The translations under genes were made by a program, and so were the position numbers. Below the pieces are notes generated by a model. That model was not told the DNA's origin and searched no databases. It saw only the letters and a program-made list of their open reading frames with translations. A stretch of 59,566 nucleotides of DNA, the filler included. It is 5 parts of 5 records of this genome, joined end to end, with 100 filler letters (N's around TTAATTAATTAA, not from the genome) between each part and the next. Parts side by side here need not be neighbours in the genome. Positions count along the whole stretch, not along the records: positions 36,707 to 53,737 come from SRR2962707_2625; positions 53,838 to 59,566 come from SRR2962707_2632; 3 more parts are not named here. The stretch is one strand, 5' to 3'. Shown here piece after piece: positions 49,620 through 59,476 of this stretch. How positions within the stretch are numbered: position 1 is the stretch's first letter; every line of letters starts with the position of its first letter.

Positions 49620-51105
49620 CTTTGTGCTCCTCGAATTCTTTGAAAAAAGCAACCAATTGTAGATAGCGACGATACTTGCGCTGATATTGGTCATAGTGAG
49701 CCGAGTTAGGTTCGAAACGCTGGCTGTCGACTTTCATCGCCGCCAAACCAGCTTCGATGGACGGATACTCTTTGGCGCCCACCATGGCGACCAAGGCCGC
49801 GCCCAAAGAACCGGTTTCTTCGATGCTAGGAATGTCGATCGACATGCCGGTTAAATCGGCCAGCATTTGCATCCACACCTTTGACCCCGTTGAGCCACCG
49901 GTAACGCGTAATGACGCGGCATCAGGGAAACGCGCACGCATACGATCCAAATGCACGTTATGGCAAAACAACACCCCTTCCCAAATAGCCTGAATCAAAT
50001 GAGCCTTTGTATGATGCGCTTGCATACCATAAAAACCGGCTTTCAGCCCTAGCCCCATGTTGGAACCATATAAGAAAGGAACAAAGAACAATTCGCTGCT
50101 CGCCGGTTCTAATGCGGCCACCAATTCTTCATTTTCTTGATGGTTAAACTCACCGTTTTCACCAAGATAATCCACGAACCATTCGTAGTTTCCGGCGGAG
50201 GTTGGGCTCGCCTCATGGATAATGTATTGCCCGTCTACCACGTAATGACCATAAACATAACGGTAATCAAGCGCGGTAATGGCGTCTGCAATACCAGACG
50301 TCACCGCCCAGGTTCCCATCACATAATTCAATGAGTTGGCATTCGCATCGACGCCAGAGCAAATCGCAGTGGAGACCACATCAAACAGCCCACCAAACAC
50401 AGGCGTGCCTGCTTTTAAGCCTATTTCATTGGCCACATCAGACGTTACATACCCTGCAAGCTGATCAGGCTTGATAATAGGTGGCAAGGCTGAAAAAACC
50501 TCTTCAATACCAAACAAAGCCAATAATTCGCGATCGTACTCGCCGGTGTTGGCGTTAAAAAAGTTGCTTTCTGAAATGTTGGTTAACTCAGCATTCACCT
50601 CACCGGTTAAGCGAAAACGAAGGTAGTCATGGGCCATTAAAATTGAGCCTATTTGGCTGTAATTTTCAGGTTCATGCTCTTTTAACCAACGAATAATCGA
50701 CACCGGATGACCTGTCCATAACGTCTGTAAGGTCATCGGGTAAATGGTTTCTGGCAATGCATCCGCCTGCCATTTTTTAACGATGTCCAACGAACGAGAG
50801 TCCGAAGAAATAATGCCATTACGCAGGTTTTTCTGATCTTTATCCAGCAGGTAAACCCCTTTTCCCTGGGCTGAAATGCTTAGTCCTTTGATGTCATCGA
50901 CTGAGATGTCCGTGCTGTTTAACAGCTTAGTAATCACCACTTTGGCGTCATTCCATAAGGCGTCTAAGTCGCGTTCAACCCAGCCTTGCTGTTTATTAAC
51001 CACTTGTGCCGACACTTTCGAGATCGCTATTTGCTGACCTGCGCTATCAAACAATGCGGCTTTCATGAAGGTGCCGCCAGAATCTAAACCAATAAAATAG
51101 TTCAT
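49612..51105 (-). CDS. lyxK: L-xylulose/3-keto-L-gulonate kinase (FGGY)
   Basis: GLDSGGTFMKA, SAQGKGVYLLD, GGLFDV, HEASPTSA. Confidence 0.9.
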   Translation of the reverse strand: MNYFIGLDSGGTFMKAALFDSAGQQIAISKVSAQVVNKQQGWVERDLDALWNDAKVVITKLLNSTDISVDDIKGLSISAQGKGVYLLDKDQKNLRNGIISSDSRSLDIVKKWQADALPETIYPMTLQTLWTGHPVSIIRWLKEHEPENYSQIGSILMAHDYLRFRLTGEVNAELTNISESNFFNANTGEYDRELLALFGIEEVFSALPPIIKPDQLAGYVTSDVANEIGLKAGTPVFGGLFDVVSTAICSGVDANANSLNYVMGTWAVTSGIADAITALDYRYVYGHYVVDGQYIIHEASPTSAGNYEWFVDYLGENGEFNHQENEELVAALEPASSELFFVPFLYGSNMGLGLKAGFYGMQAHHTKAHLIQAIWEGVLFCHNVHLDRMRARFPDAASLRVTGGSTGSKVWMQMLADLTGMSIDIPSIEETGSLGAALVAMVGAKEYPSIEAGLAAMKVDSQRFEPNSAHYDQYQRKYRRYLQLVAFFKEFEEHKDD

Positions 51106-51956
51106 CGTTGGTCACCTAATGGATGCGTCGATTTCAGGTGTTCTGGAAAAAGGGTTTGCAGCAACTCAGCCAGAGTATGATCGTTGTCATTCGTGGTTCG
51201 TGTGATCATGTTGGCGTGACGTTTCAAATTCTCATCGGCGTTTGCCATCGCAACGCCCATGCCCACCATTTCAAGCATGGAAATATCATTATGATGGTCA
51301 CCAACCGCAACAACCTGTTCAGGAGAGATGCCTTTATGCTTAATTAATTGGGCAAGCGCTGCGCCTTTGGTGTTGCCGATACTGGCGAAATCGATGCGAT
51401 TCGACCACGACTTTTCACCGGTGAAATGCTGTTGAATAAAAGGCAAGGCGGCAAACTCATCCACATCGTCACCTTCTACAACAAACTTCCAAATACACTC
51501 AGCGCCTTCTACTTCTGGAGAGAAATCATCCACTTGGCGGATAATCGGTTTTACCTCGCCAGAAAAGCCTTCCGCCCACTCTGCCAACCTTGCCACATGC
51601 ATGACAGGACGCTGGGAGGAGTACAACATGGCGTCTTTTAGGTACACAACCACGTTAAGATTGCGCGCTTGCGCCAATTGTAAAAACGCCACGGCTTGGC
51701 TTTTTTCTATCGCGTTATGCTGCAATACGGCGCGGTTTTGGTAGTCATACACATAGGTACCATTACAGCAGATTGCCGGTGTCGTTAGCCCCAGTGCTTG
51801 ATAATAAGGACCGGCGGCCGTGTGGTGACGACCGGTAACAATCAGTACTGGAATGCTTCTGCTTAAGACTCGCACAGTATCCACCAACACAGGACTGATG
51901 GTGAAATCAGACTTTAACGAAGTGCCATCTAAGTCCAAAGCCAATAATTGGTACAT
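51102..51956 (-). CDS. Cof-type HAD phosphatase (YbhA-like)
   Basis: DLDGT, VTGRHH, CCNG, GDHHNDISM. Confidence 0.9.
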   Translation of the reverse strand: MYQLLALDLDGTSLKSDFTISPVLVDTVRVLSRSIPVLIVTGRHHTAAGPYYQALGLTTPAICCNGTYVYDYQNRAVLQHNAIEKSQAVAFLQLAQARNLNVVVYLKDAMLYSSQRPVMHVARLAEWAEGFSGEVKPIIRQVDDFSPEVEGAECIWKFVVEGDDVDEFAALPFIQQHFTGEKSWSNRIDFASIGNTKGAALAQLIKHKGISPEQVVAVGDHHNDISMLEMVGMGVAMANADENLKRHANMITRTTNDNDHTLAELLQTLFPEHLKSTHPLGDQR

Positions 51957-51965
51957 AAGTCACTC

Positions 51966-52658
51966 CTACTTTTGACCGTAATAAGCATTTTTTCCATGCT
52001 TACGCATATAATGCTTATCCAATAATTCTTCTTGTACCTTGATCTCAAGATTGAGCGATCGTGTGGCGATGGCCATCGCAGACACTTCTTCTAATACCAC
52101 CGCATTGTGCACCGCATCAAAGGCGTCTTTACCCCAGGAAAACGGCGCATGACCAGAAATAACAGCACCGGGAATGGCCATTGCGTCTAAGCCTCGCTGG
52201 TTGAACTCTTCGATAATCACAAGACCGGTGTTTTTTTCATAGTCGGTGGCAATCTCAGCAGCAGACAAAGGTCGCGTACAAGGAATATCACCGTAGAAAT
52301 AATCCGCATGGGTCGTCCCTAGTGCCGGAATATCCAACCCTGCTTGTGCCCATACCGTCGCGTGTCGTGAATGAGTATGAACAATGCCGCCAATGTTTGG
52401 GAAAGCCTTGTACAATTCGATGTGGGTTTGAGTGTCGCTGGAGGGGTTTAATGTGCCTTCTAGTCGATTGCCTTCTAGGTCAATCACCACAATGTCATCC
52501 GCGTTCATGTTTTTGTATTCGACGCCGGATGGCTTAATGGCAATCACGCCTTTCTCTCTGTCTATCTCAGAGACGTTGCCCCAAGTAAAGGTTACCAAAC
52601 CGTATTCAGGCAGCTGTAAATTCGCCTTTAGAACCCGTTCTTTTAATGCTTGATACAT
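51966..52658 (-). CDS. araD: L-ribulose-5-phosphate 4-epimerase
   Basis: [39 protein letters not shown]. Confidence 0.95.
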   Translation of the reverse strand: MYQALKERVLKANLQLPEYGLVTFTWGNVSEIDREKGVIAIKPSGVEYKNMNADDIVVIDLEGNRLEGTLNPSSDTQTHIELYKAFPNIGGIVHTHSRHATVWAQAGLDIPALGTTHADYFYGDIPCTRPLSAAEIATDYEKNTGLVIIEEFNQRGLDAMAIPGAVISGHAPFSWGKDAFDAVHNAVVLEEVSAMAIATRSLNLEIKVQEELLDKHYMRKHGKNAYYGQK

Positions 52659-52767
52659 GATCACTTCCTCACTACCAACGTAACAAAGCGCTTAAGGCAT
52701 TCATCACGAGAGTAAAAAGAGGGACTCAGTCAGCAGCGCTGTGCTGAGCCCCTGATTGGTTATTTTT

Positions 52768-53737
52768 CTATTTTGACGCGGCTAAGATTTCATTGACCAT
52801 TTTGTCGCCGTACTGTTTGATAAAGGCATCCCAAACAGGTTTCACAGCAGAACGGAATGCTGCGCTGTCTACATCACGGTTGACCTTCATGCCATGAGAC
52901 TCTAGTTCAGCGATCATCTTGTCTTCTTTCTCGATGCTTAATTTACGCTGCATCGCAACGGCGTCGGCCGCGGCATCGGTAATGATTTTCTTCTCTGCAT
53001 CGCTCAGTTTATTAAACTTCTTCGCGTTCATCGTAAACACCAATGGTGAGTACGCATGCTGAGTCAGACTCAAGTACTTTTGCACCTCGTAGAATTTAAA
53101 CGAAAGAGTGACTGGGATCGGGTGATCTTGAGCATCTACCACGCCAGTTTCCAATGCGGTGTAAAGCTCAGCCACAGGAATTTGCGTTGGGTTTGCGCCC
53201 AAAATAGAGAACATATCGTTCAAAGCTTTGGAGCCGTTTACGCGCATTTGCAGGCCTTTAACATCACCAGGCTCGCGGATAGGACCACGATTATTGGTGA
53301 TATTTCGGTAGCCATTTTCTGGGTAACCTAGGCCTTTAAGACCAAATTTCTGCATGTCATTCAACACGCCCTGACCGACTTTGCCATCAAGCACTTTGTA
53401 GGCGGTTTTTCGGTCTGGGAACATAAATGGCAAAGTAAAAGCAGCCGACTCAGGCAATAGGCCGGAGTAGTTATTCAAGCCAACAATAGAGAAATCGATG
53501 ATTCCCACACGGTTACCTTCGATCATCTGCGCATCAGTACCTAACTGACCGTGAGGAAAGATATTAATTTTTAGGTCGCCATTACTGCGAGCTTCCACTT
53601 CTTTCTTGAAGAACACAGACATCGTCTGTTGTAGATCAGACTCAGGGGCCGCGTGTGCCAACTTAAAGGTTGTCGCAGCCATCGCATGGTTAGCACTAAT
53701 CGCTAATGTCATCGCCGAAGCAAGACCCATACCCTTC
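52768..53737 (-). CDS. TRAP transporter substrate-binding protein DctP (YiaO-like; 5' end cut)
   Basis: Signal peptide, ENGYRN, GLQMRV, ELYTALETGVVDAQD, FYEVQKYLSLTQH. Confidence 0.92.
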
Positions 53738-53837
53738 NNNNNNNNNNNNNNNNNNNNNNNNNNNNNNNNNNNNNNNNNNNNTTAATTAATTAANNNNNNN
53801 NNNNNNNNNNNNNNNNNNNNNNNNNNNNNNNNNNNNN
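53738..53837. other. Artificial contig linker
   Basis: N44-TTAATTAATTAA-N44. Confidence 0.99.
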
Positions 53838-53901
53838 CCACTTCCACAATTTCCAGCGGTTTGTTGGCCTCAAACGCCACAGCTGCGCGGGATTTGATCA
53901 C
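53838..53901 (-). CDS. frmA: 5' fragment of S-(hydroxymethyl)glutathione dehydrogenase
   Basis: AGGAG RBS, GTG start, MIKSRAAVAFEANKPLEIVEV. Confidence 0.8.
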
Positions 53902-54053
53902 GTTCACTCTCCTGTTGTCCGATTGTTCCGGCGGGCCGAAATGCATTAACGTTGAACTGTAGCACGCTTGTCGCGGACAGGCCTGCCTCTGAGTCAATCT
54001 CATACGCAGCCCCTGTCGTATGGTTTTGTGTCGTCGATGATGAGGAATACATC

Positions 54054-55376
54054 TTGCGAACGCTCTACTGGTTTACCCGCGACCTTCGATTGCATGACAA
54101 CCCGGCCTTGCTGGCCGCAGCCCGTTCAGACATGTTGTTGTGTGTCTTTGTCGTAGACCCGCGCTGGTTTACAGGTGACCGGTTTCAGTGCCGTGCACTG
54201 GGTGATCATCGTTGGCGCTTCCTGTGGCAAAGCTTGATGGCACTGGAAGGTAGCCTGCGGCCTCTGGGGCAACGAATGCATATCGCCTGGGGCGAACCGG
54301 GAATCGTTCTGCCAGAGCTGGCCCGTGAGCACGGCGTGCAGCGTTTGATTCGCTCACGCCTACCCGGCACCGAAGAAGCCGCACAGTGGCAGGCCCTCAA
54401 AGCCCGCCTGCCGGAGGTGACGTTTCAGCAGTTTGAAACCCTGGGCATGTTCACGGAAGGCCAGCTTCCCATGGAACTGGCAGAGCTGCCCGATACCTTC
54501 TCGCAATTCCGCAAGCAGGTGGAGAAAGCTGAGCAACCGGACTATACCCTCAGGATCCGCACCGTCAGCGCCCTGCCACCACCCCCGGGATTCCCCGAAG
54601 ATAACCGGGACCAGTGCCCGCCGATACCGGAACCGATACATCGGTCACCATTCACCGGCGGTGAGGAAGCCGGCCTGGCACAGCTGCAAGCCTTCGTATT
54701 CAGACAACATCGCATTGCCAACTACAAGGAAACCCGCAATGCGCTGGACGACTGGGGCTCATCCTCCAAGTTCTCCTCGTGGCTGGCGAACGGCTGCCTG
54801 TCAGTGCGGGAGGTGGTTGCCGCCATCGAACAATACGAACGTCAGCACACCCGTAACGATTCGACCTACTGGCTCTGGTTTGAGCTGCTCTGGCGCGAGT
54901 ATTTCTACTGGTATGCCCTTAAACACGGGGGGCGGTTGTTTAGCCGCGATGGCGTGCAACGTAAACGCCGCCCGGTGACCTTCTATGGCCATCGATTCAA
55001 GGCCTGGTGCGAGGGCAATACCCAGTATTCGATAGTCAACGCGGCCATGAATCAGTTACGGGAAACCGGCTACATCAGTAATCGCGCACGCCAACTGGTG
55101 GCCAGCTGCCTGATCAATGAATTGGAACTGGACTGGCGTTACGGTGCTGCCTGGTTCGAACAGCAACTGGTGGATTACGACGTGGCCAGTAACTACGGAA
55201 ACTGGCAGTATCTGGCCGGCGTCGGCGCCGATCCCCGCGGGCTTCGGCAGTTCAATCTGGACAAGCAGGCGCAACAGTACGATCCTGAGGGAGCCTTCGT
55301 ACATCGTTGGCAGGGAGAGGCTCAACAACCAGTGGGCCTGCATACCGTAGACGCAGCAGACTGGCCAATATCATGA
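54054..55376 (+). CDS. Cryptochrome DASH / photolyase family
   Basis: WFTRDLRLHDN, YKETRN, SSKFSSWLANGCLS, WFELLWREYF, SNRARQ, DYDVASNYGNW; GAGGA RBS before TTG 54054. Confidence 0.92.
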   Translation: MRTLYWFTRDLRLHDNPALLAAARSDMLLCVFVVDPRWFTGDRFQCRALGDHRWRFLWQSLMALEGSLRPLGQRMHIAWGEPGIVLPELAREHGVQRLIRSRLPGTEEAAQWQALKARLPEVTFQQFETLGMFTEGQLPMELAELPDTFSQFRKQVEKAEQPDYTLRIRTVSALPPPPGFPEDNRDQCPPIPEPIHRSPFTGGEEAGLAQLQAFVFRQHRIANYKETRNALDDWGSSSKFSSWLANGCLSVREVVAAIEQYERQHTRNDSTYWLWFELLWREYFYWYALKHGGRLFSRDGVQRKRRPVTFYGHRFKAWCEGNTQYSIVNAAMNQLRETGYISNRARQLVASCLINELELDWRYGAAWFEQQLVDYDVASNYGNWQYLAGVGADPRGLRQFNLDKQAQQYDPEGAFVHRWQGEAQQPVGLHTVDAADWPIS

Positions 55377-55864
55377 CAATACCTGTTAGCCAACCAGAGA
55401 GAGTACTGGCCCGGATTCTGGATACCAGCCAGCCAGACACCCTTCTGTATTGCGGCGACACCGCCAGCCGGGTCAGCGAGGTGTGGCACGGGCAACGGAA
55501 AGCCGTTCGCTTGCTGGCGCTGGACACCGCGGACCCGAACGCCCGACTGCCACTGGATTCCGTGCCCGACCTGGCCATCATCACAGACACTCTGGAACAC
55601 CTCCCCTACGAAGAAGGGGCGCTTTTACTGGGCCAGTTACGCAACTATGGCACCCACCAGATTGCGGTACTGGTGCCCCAAACCACAGACTGGGGTTTTA
55701 CCGACTTCATCGCCCTGGGCTTTCAGCGTCACGCCGATATCGAAAGCGAGAACGGCGCACTCACGCTCTATACCTACAATCTGGATACTTACAATCATAA
55801 ACGGGCCTGGAACAATCCCGATAACTGGGCCAATCCGGAAATGTGGGGAAAAGCGTGGTGGTAG
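55373..55864 (+). CDS. DUF6231-like protein
   Basis: ATGA coupling to cry; LLGQLRN and C-terminal WANPEMWGKAWW. Confidence 0.75.
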   Translation: MTIPVSQPERVLARILDTSQPDTLLYCGDTASRVSEVWHGQRKAVRLLALDTADPNARLPLDSVPDLAIITDTLEHLPYEEGALLLGQLRNYGTHQIAVLVPQTTDWGFTDFIALGFQRHADIESENGALTLYTYNLDTYNHKRAWNNPDNWANPEMWGKAWW

Positions 55865-57498
55865 ATACAAATTCGAAATCCTTGAAGCCCAGTACAATCC
55901 GAATCGGAACCCGTTACCGCGCGAGCCGGCTCGATGGGCCCTATGATGCGGTAGTGATCGGCTCCGGTATCGGCGGTCTGACCACTGCCGCCTGCCTGTC
56001 CAAAGCCGGCTACAAAGTACTGGTGTTGGAACAGCATTACACCGCCGGTGGCTACACCCACAGCTACGCCCGTAATGGCTACGAGTGGGATGTGGGCGTG
56101 CACTACATCGGCGACATGGGCGCGCGCCACACCCTCGGCCGCCGGCTGTTCGATTACATTACCGACGGCAAGCTCGAGTGGGCGCCGATGGACGAGAACT
56201 ACGACCGGTTCTTTCTGGGCGACAAAGTGGTCAACCTTCGGGCCGGCAAGGAAGGCCTGAGGCACTCGCTACTGGCGTCCTTCCCGGACGAAGAAGAGGC
56301 CATCGACCGTTACCTGGCTCTGCTCGGCAAAGTGGCCGATGGCATGCAGTGGTATACCCTGTCCAAACTCTCGCCCGCGCTGGCTGCGCCACTGGTTTCC
56401 AGAGGGTTGAAAACGGTACTGCCGGACTGTTTCAACCGCACCACCTATGACGTATTGCGGGAACTCACCGCCAACGAAGAGCTGATTGGCGCCATTACCG
56501 GTCAGTGGGGCGATTGCGGGGTGACCCCGAAACAGTCGAGCTTCATGGTGCACGCGCTCATTGCCAAACATTACCTGTACGGTGGTTTCTACCCGGTGGG
56601 CGGTGCCTCGGAAATTGCCAAAACCATCATCCCGGTGATTCAGTCCGGCGGTGGTGACGTACTCACCTACGCCGACGTGAGAGAGATCCTGGTCGAAAAG
56701 GGCAAAGCCGTGGGTGTGCGCATGGCCGATGGCCATGATATCCGGTCGCCGCTGGTGATCAGCAACGCCGGTGTGATCAATACTTTCGAACGGCTTTTAC
56801 CCGAGTCTGTCGCAGACAGCATTGGCTATCCTGGCAGCCGGGAACACATCAAACCCTCAATGCCCCATATCGGCCTGTATATAGGCCTGAAAGGCACGCC
56901 CGACCAGCTCGGCTTGCCGCGCACCAACTTCTGGATTTATCCGAGCGCCGACCACGATGGCAACGTGGAGCAATTCCTGAAAGATCCCCGGAACACCTCT
57001 TTCCCGGTAGTCTACATCTCGTTCCCGGCAGCCAAAGACCCGGACTACCAGAACCGCTGGCCCGGAACCTCCACCATCGAGATTGTGGCGCCCACCACCT
57101 GGGAAATGTTCGAGCCGTGGCAGGGCTCCACCTGGGGCAAACGGGGCGAGGATTATGAGGCTCTGAAGGCTCGGATCACCGAGCAGCTTCTGGAAGTCAT
57201 GTACGAAAAACTGCCCCAGCTTCGAGGTAAAGTCGACTATGTGGAAACCTCCACACCACTGTCGACCGCCTGGTTCTGCCGCTATGAGCAGGGTGAGCTG
57301 TACGGGCTGGACCACACGCCAGAACGTTTCGAGCAACGCTGGCTGAGGCCGAAAACCGACATCCCCGGACTGTACCTGACCGGGCAGGATATTCTTACCT
57401 GTGGCGTGGTCGGGGCAATGATCGGCGGGCTGGTTACAACCCTGGCCGTTCGCGGCCTGAAAGGCGCGGGGTTGGCCAAGCGCATTTTCGTGGGTTAA
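55843..57498 (+). CDS. Phytoene desaturase / retinol saturase-like FAD oxidoreductase
   Basis: IGSGIGGL, LEQHYTAGG, WDVGVHY, STPLS, LYLTGQD; start uncertain. Confidence 0.88.
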   Translation: MGKSVVVDTNSKSLKPSTIRIGTRYRASRLDGPYDAVVIGSGIGGLTTAACLSKAGYKVLVLEQHYTAGGYTHSYARNGYEWDVGVHYIGDMGARHTLGRRLFDYITDGKLEWAPMDENYDRFFLGDKVVNLRAGKEGLRHSLLASFPDEEEAIDRYLALLGKVADGMQWYTLSKLSPALAAPLVSRGLKTVLPDCFNRTTYDVLRELTANEELIGAITGQWGDCGVTPKQSSFMVHALIAKHYLYGGFYPVGGASEIAKTIIPVIQSGGGDVLTYADVREILVEKGKAVGVRMADGHDIRSPLVISNAGVINTFERLLPESVADSIGYPGSREHIKPSMPHIGLYIGLKGTPDQLGLPRTNFWIYPSADHDGNVEQFLKDPRNTSFPVVYISFPAAKDPDYQNRWPGTSTIEIVAPTTWEMFEPWQGSTWGKRGEDYEALKARITEQLLEVMYEKLPQLRGKVDYVETSTPLSTAWFCRYEQGELYGLDHTPERFEQRWLRPKTDIPGLYLTGQDILTCGVVGAMIGGLVTTLAVRGLKGAGLAKRIFVG

Positions 57499-57500
57499 GC

Positions 57501-58136
57501 GTGGCCAGAGCACTGTGTACCCGCTGCGGCCTGCACCCGAACACCTGCGTATGCGAGGTTTGCGAGCAGGTCGACAACCGCCATCGCGTCATCATTTTGC
57601 AGCACCCGTCAGAAGTCGGTCACAGCAAGGGTACTGTGCGAGTACTTCAGCAGTGCCTGACCCGGCTGGAGGTACTGGTCGGCGAGAGCCCTGAGTCGTT
57701 TTCCGGTCAAGGCTTGGAGCGTCTGTTAACCGAAACCCGTTCCGGACTGCTGTTTCCATGTGCTGACAGTCAGCCCGTGGAGAGCAACGCGGCAGCCCAG
57801 ATCGACCAGTGGCTGGTTCTGGACGGCACCTGGCGTAAAGCCGCTAGAATCCTGCACCTGAACCCGCAGCTCCGGCAGTTGCCCTGCTTTCATTTCGCTG
57901 ATCCACCGGCTTCGCGTTACCGTATCCGAAAGGCCCCAAAGGCCGGGCAACTCTCAACCGCAGAAGCCGTCGCCTACCTTTTTACATTGACCGAGCCGGC
58001 CACAGATACCGAGCCATTACTCAGAGCTCAGGACGTACTGATTCGAAAACGGCTGGCCTTCGTTCCGGACCACCACAAAACCAAAGACCATGAAGCGCCC
58101 GATCCTGAACTCCCAGGAAGTCTCACGAATTATTGA
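57501..58136 (+). CDS. DTW-domain tRNA-uridine aminocarboxypropyltransferase
   Basis: CxxC..CxC, LQHPSE, LDGTWRKA, YRIRK, LSTAEA. Confidence 0.9.
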   Translation: MARALCTRCGLHPNTCVCEVCEQVDNRHRVIILQHPSEVGHSKGTVRVLQQCLTRLEVLVGESPESFSGQGLERLLTETRSGLLFPCADSQPVESNAAAQIDQWLVLDGTWRKAARILHLNPQLRQLPCFHFADPPASRYRIRKAPKAGQLSTAEAVAYLFTLTEPATDTEPLLRAQDVLIRKRLAFVPDHHKTKDHEAPDPELPGSLTNY

Positions 58137-58251
58137 AATGGCCTGGGAAGGTGACGAACCAGCACGATTTCGTTATGTTGAGGCAATCGCTGAGCAAAGT
58201 GGTGACAATGTATGGCATGGATCTCAGATAAAACGGCTGCAAACGAGTTGA
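58090..58251 (+). pseudogene. Eroded TIGR03643/DUF2805 gene (53 codons, absent from ORF track)
   Basis: MKRPILNSQEVSRIIEMAWE matches the family N-terminus, then similarity is lost. Confidence 0.65.
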
Positions 58252-58607
58252 AAGAGCAAAGTGCCAAGGTTCACAGAGGCGACCTTGAGGCCCTGCTTGA
58301 ACGACAAAAAGCCGTTGAAGAGAAAGTCAAAAACAGCGGCAGGCTGAATCGTTTCTCTACCGATATCAAGCTGATGTTCTCGCTGATTCGCGATTACTGG
58401 TACGGCCACTACCGGGCCATACCCTGGAAGTCCATCGCTGCGGTAGCCGGAGCGTTGCTGTACGTGCTGAATCCGCTGGACCTGATTCCGGATCTGATCT
58501 TCGGCTTCGGCCTGGTTGATGATGCCGGTGTGGTTGCCTTGTGCCTTAAACTGGTCGAATCCGATCTGCACCGCTACGCTGCATGGAAGGAGCTTCACTC
58601 ATCATAG
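58212..58607 (+). CDS. YkvA/DUF1232 family protein
   Basis: ALLYVLNPLDLIPD..FGLVDDA. Confidence 0.9.
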   Translation: MAWISDKTAANELKEQSAKVHRGDLEALLERQKAVEEKVKNSGRLNRFSTDIKLMFSLIRDYWYGHYRAIPWKSIAAVAGALLYVLNPLDLIPDLIFGFGLVDDAGVVALCLKLVESDLHRYAAWKELHSS

Positions 58608-58697
58608 GATGAGGGACCAACCGGGCATTGATTAATAATCAACCAGGGAGTATTCTCCCGCCCCCTTAATCGTCACCTGCACAGTTTTGGAGTTACT

Positions 58698-59474
58698 GTG
58701 GATTTCGCCACCCTTATCGGCCTCGTCGGCGCCATTCTTCTGATTTCTTCGGCCATTATCCTGGGCGCATCGCCAGGCATGTTCATCAATCCGCCATCCC
58801 TGCTGATTGTGATTGGCGGTACCTTGCTGGTAGTACTGGCCAAGTTCAGTCTTGCCCAGTTTTTTGACGCCTTCAAGGTGGCAGCCCGAGCGTTCAAATT
58901 CAAACTGCCCGAAACTCAGGCCAGCATCGAAGAACTGGTGGAGATTGCCAGCATCGCCCGAAAAGAGGGCGTTCTTGGTATCGAAGGGAGGGAGGTCAGT
59001 AGTCCATTCCTGGGCCAGGGTATTCAGATGCTGGTGGACGGACAGGACGGCAACACCATCAAGCAGCTCCTCAACAAGGAACGCCTGATGACACTGGAAC
59101 ACAACCGGTCGGGCGCAAAAGTGTTCACCGCCATGGCAGATGTGGCTCCGGCCATGGGTATGATTGGCACGCTGATTGGCCTGGTGCAGATGCTGTCCAA
59201 CATGGAAGATCCCAAGTCTATCGGGCCGGCCATGGCCGTAGCCCTGCTGACCACGCTCTACGGCGCCATGATCGCCACAATGATCGCTACCCCCATTGCC
59301 GACAAGCTGTCCCTGCGCATGACGGAGGAGGCCCGCATGCAATCGCTCTATATTGATGCCCTCGTCGCCATCCAGGAAGGCACCAACCCGCGCATTATCG
59401 AGCAGATGCTGTCCAGCTATCTTTCGCCCAAAGAGCGGGCCAGAAACGGCGATGCGGAAACGGCAGGCGGTTAA
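58698..59474 (+). CDS. pomA: Flagellar stator subunit PomA/MotA
   Basis: MDFATLIG, ARKEGVL, APAMGMIGTLIGLVQML, AVALLTTLYG. Confidence 0.93.
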   Translation: MDFATLIGLVGAILLISSAIILGASPGMFINPPSLLIVIGGTLLVVLAKFSLAQFFDAFKVAARAFKFKLPETQASIEELVEIASIARKEGVLGIEGREVSSPFLGQGIQMLVDGQDGNTIKQLLNKERLMTLEHNRSGAKVFTAMADVAPAMGMIGTLIGLVQMLSNMEDPKSIGPAMAVALLTTLYGAMIATMIATPIADKLSLRMTEEARMQSLYIDALVAIQEGTNPRIIEQMLSSYLSPKERARNGDAETAGG

Positions 59475-59476
59475 AC

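Noticed and set aside
52721-52752. Hairpin between dctP and araD as an sRNA or riboswitch
   Set aside because: A short imperfect stem typical of transcript-stabilising hairpins after binding-protein genes
12488-53837. Four identical TTAATTAATTAA motifs flanked by N runs
   Set aside because: Artificial contig spacers, not biological repeats; ORFs running into X residues are artefacts
53995-54022. RpoE-ChrR-type promoter upstream of cry-DASH
   Set aside because: A CGTA -10 is present but the -35 (TCAATC) matches TGATCC poorly; the CATACG/CGTATG repeat is too short to support a call
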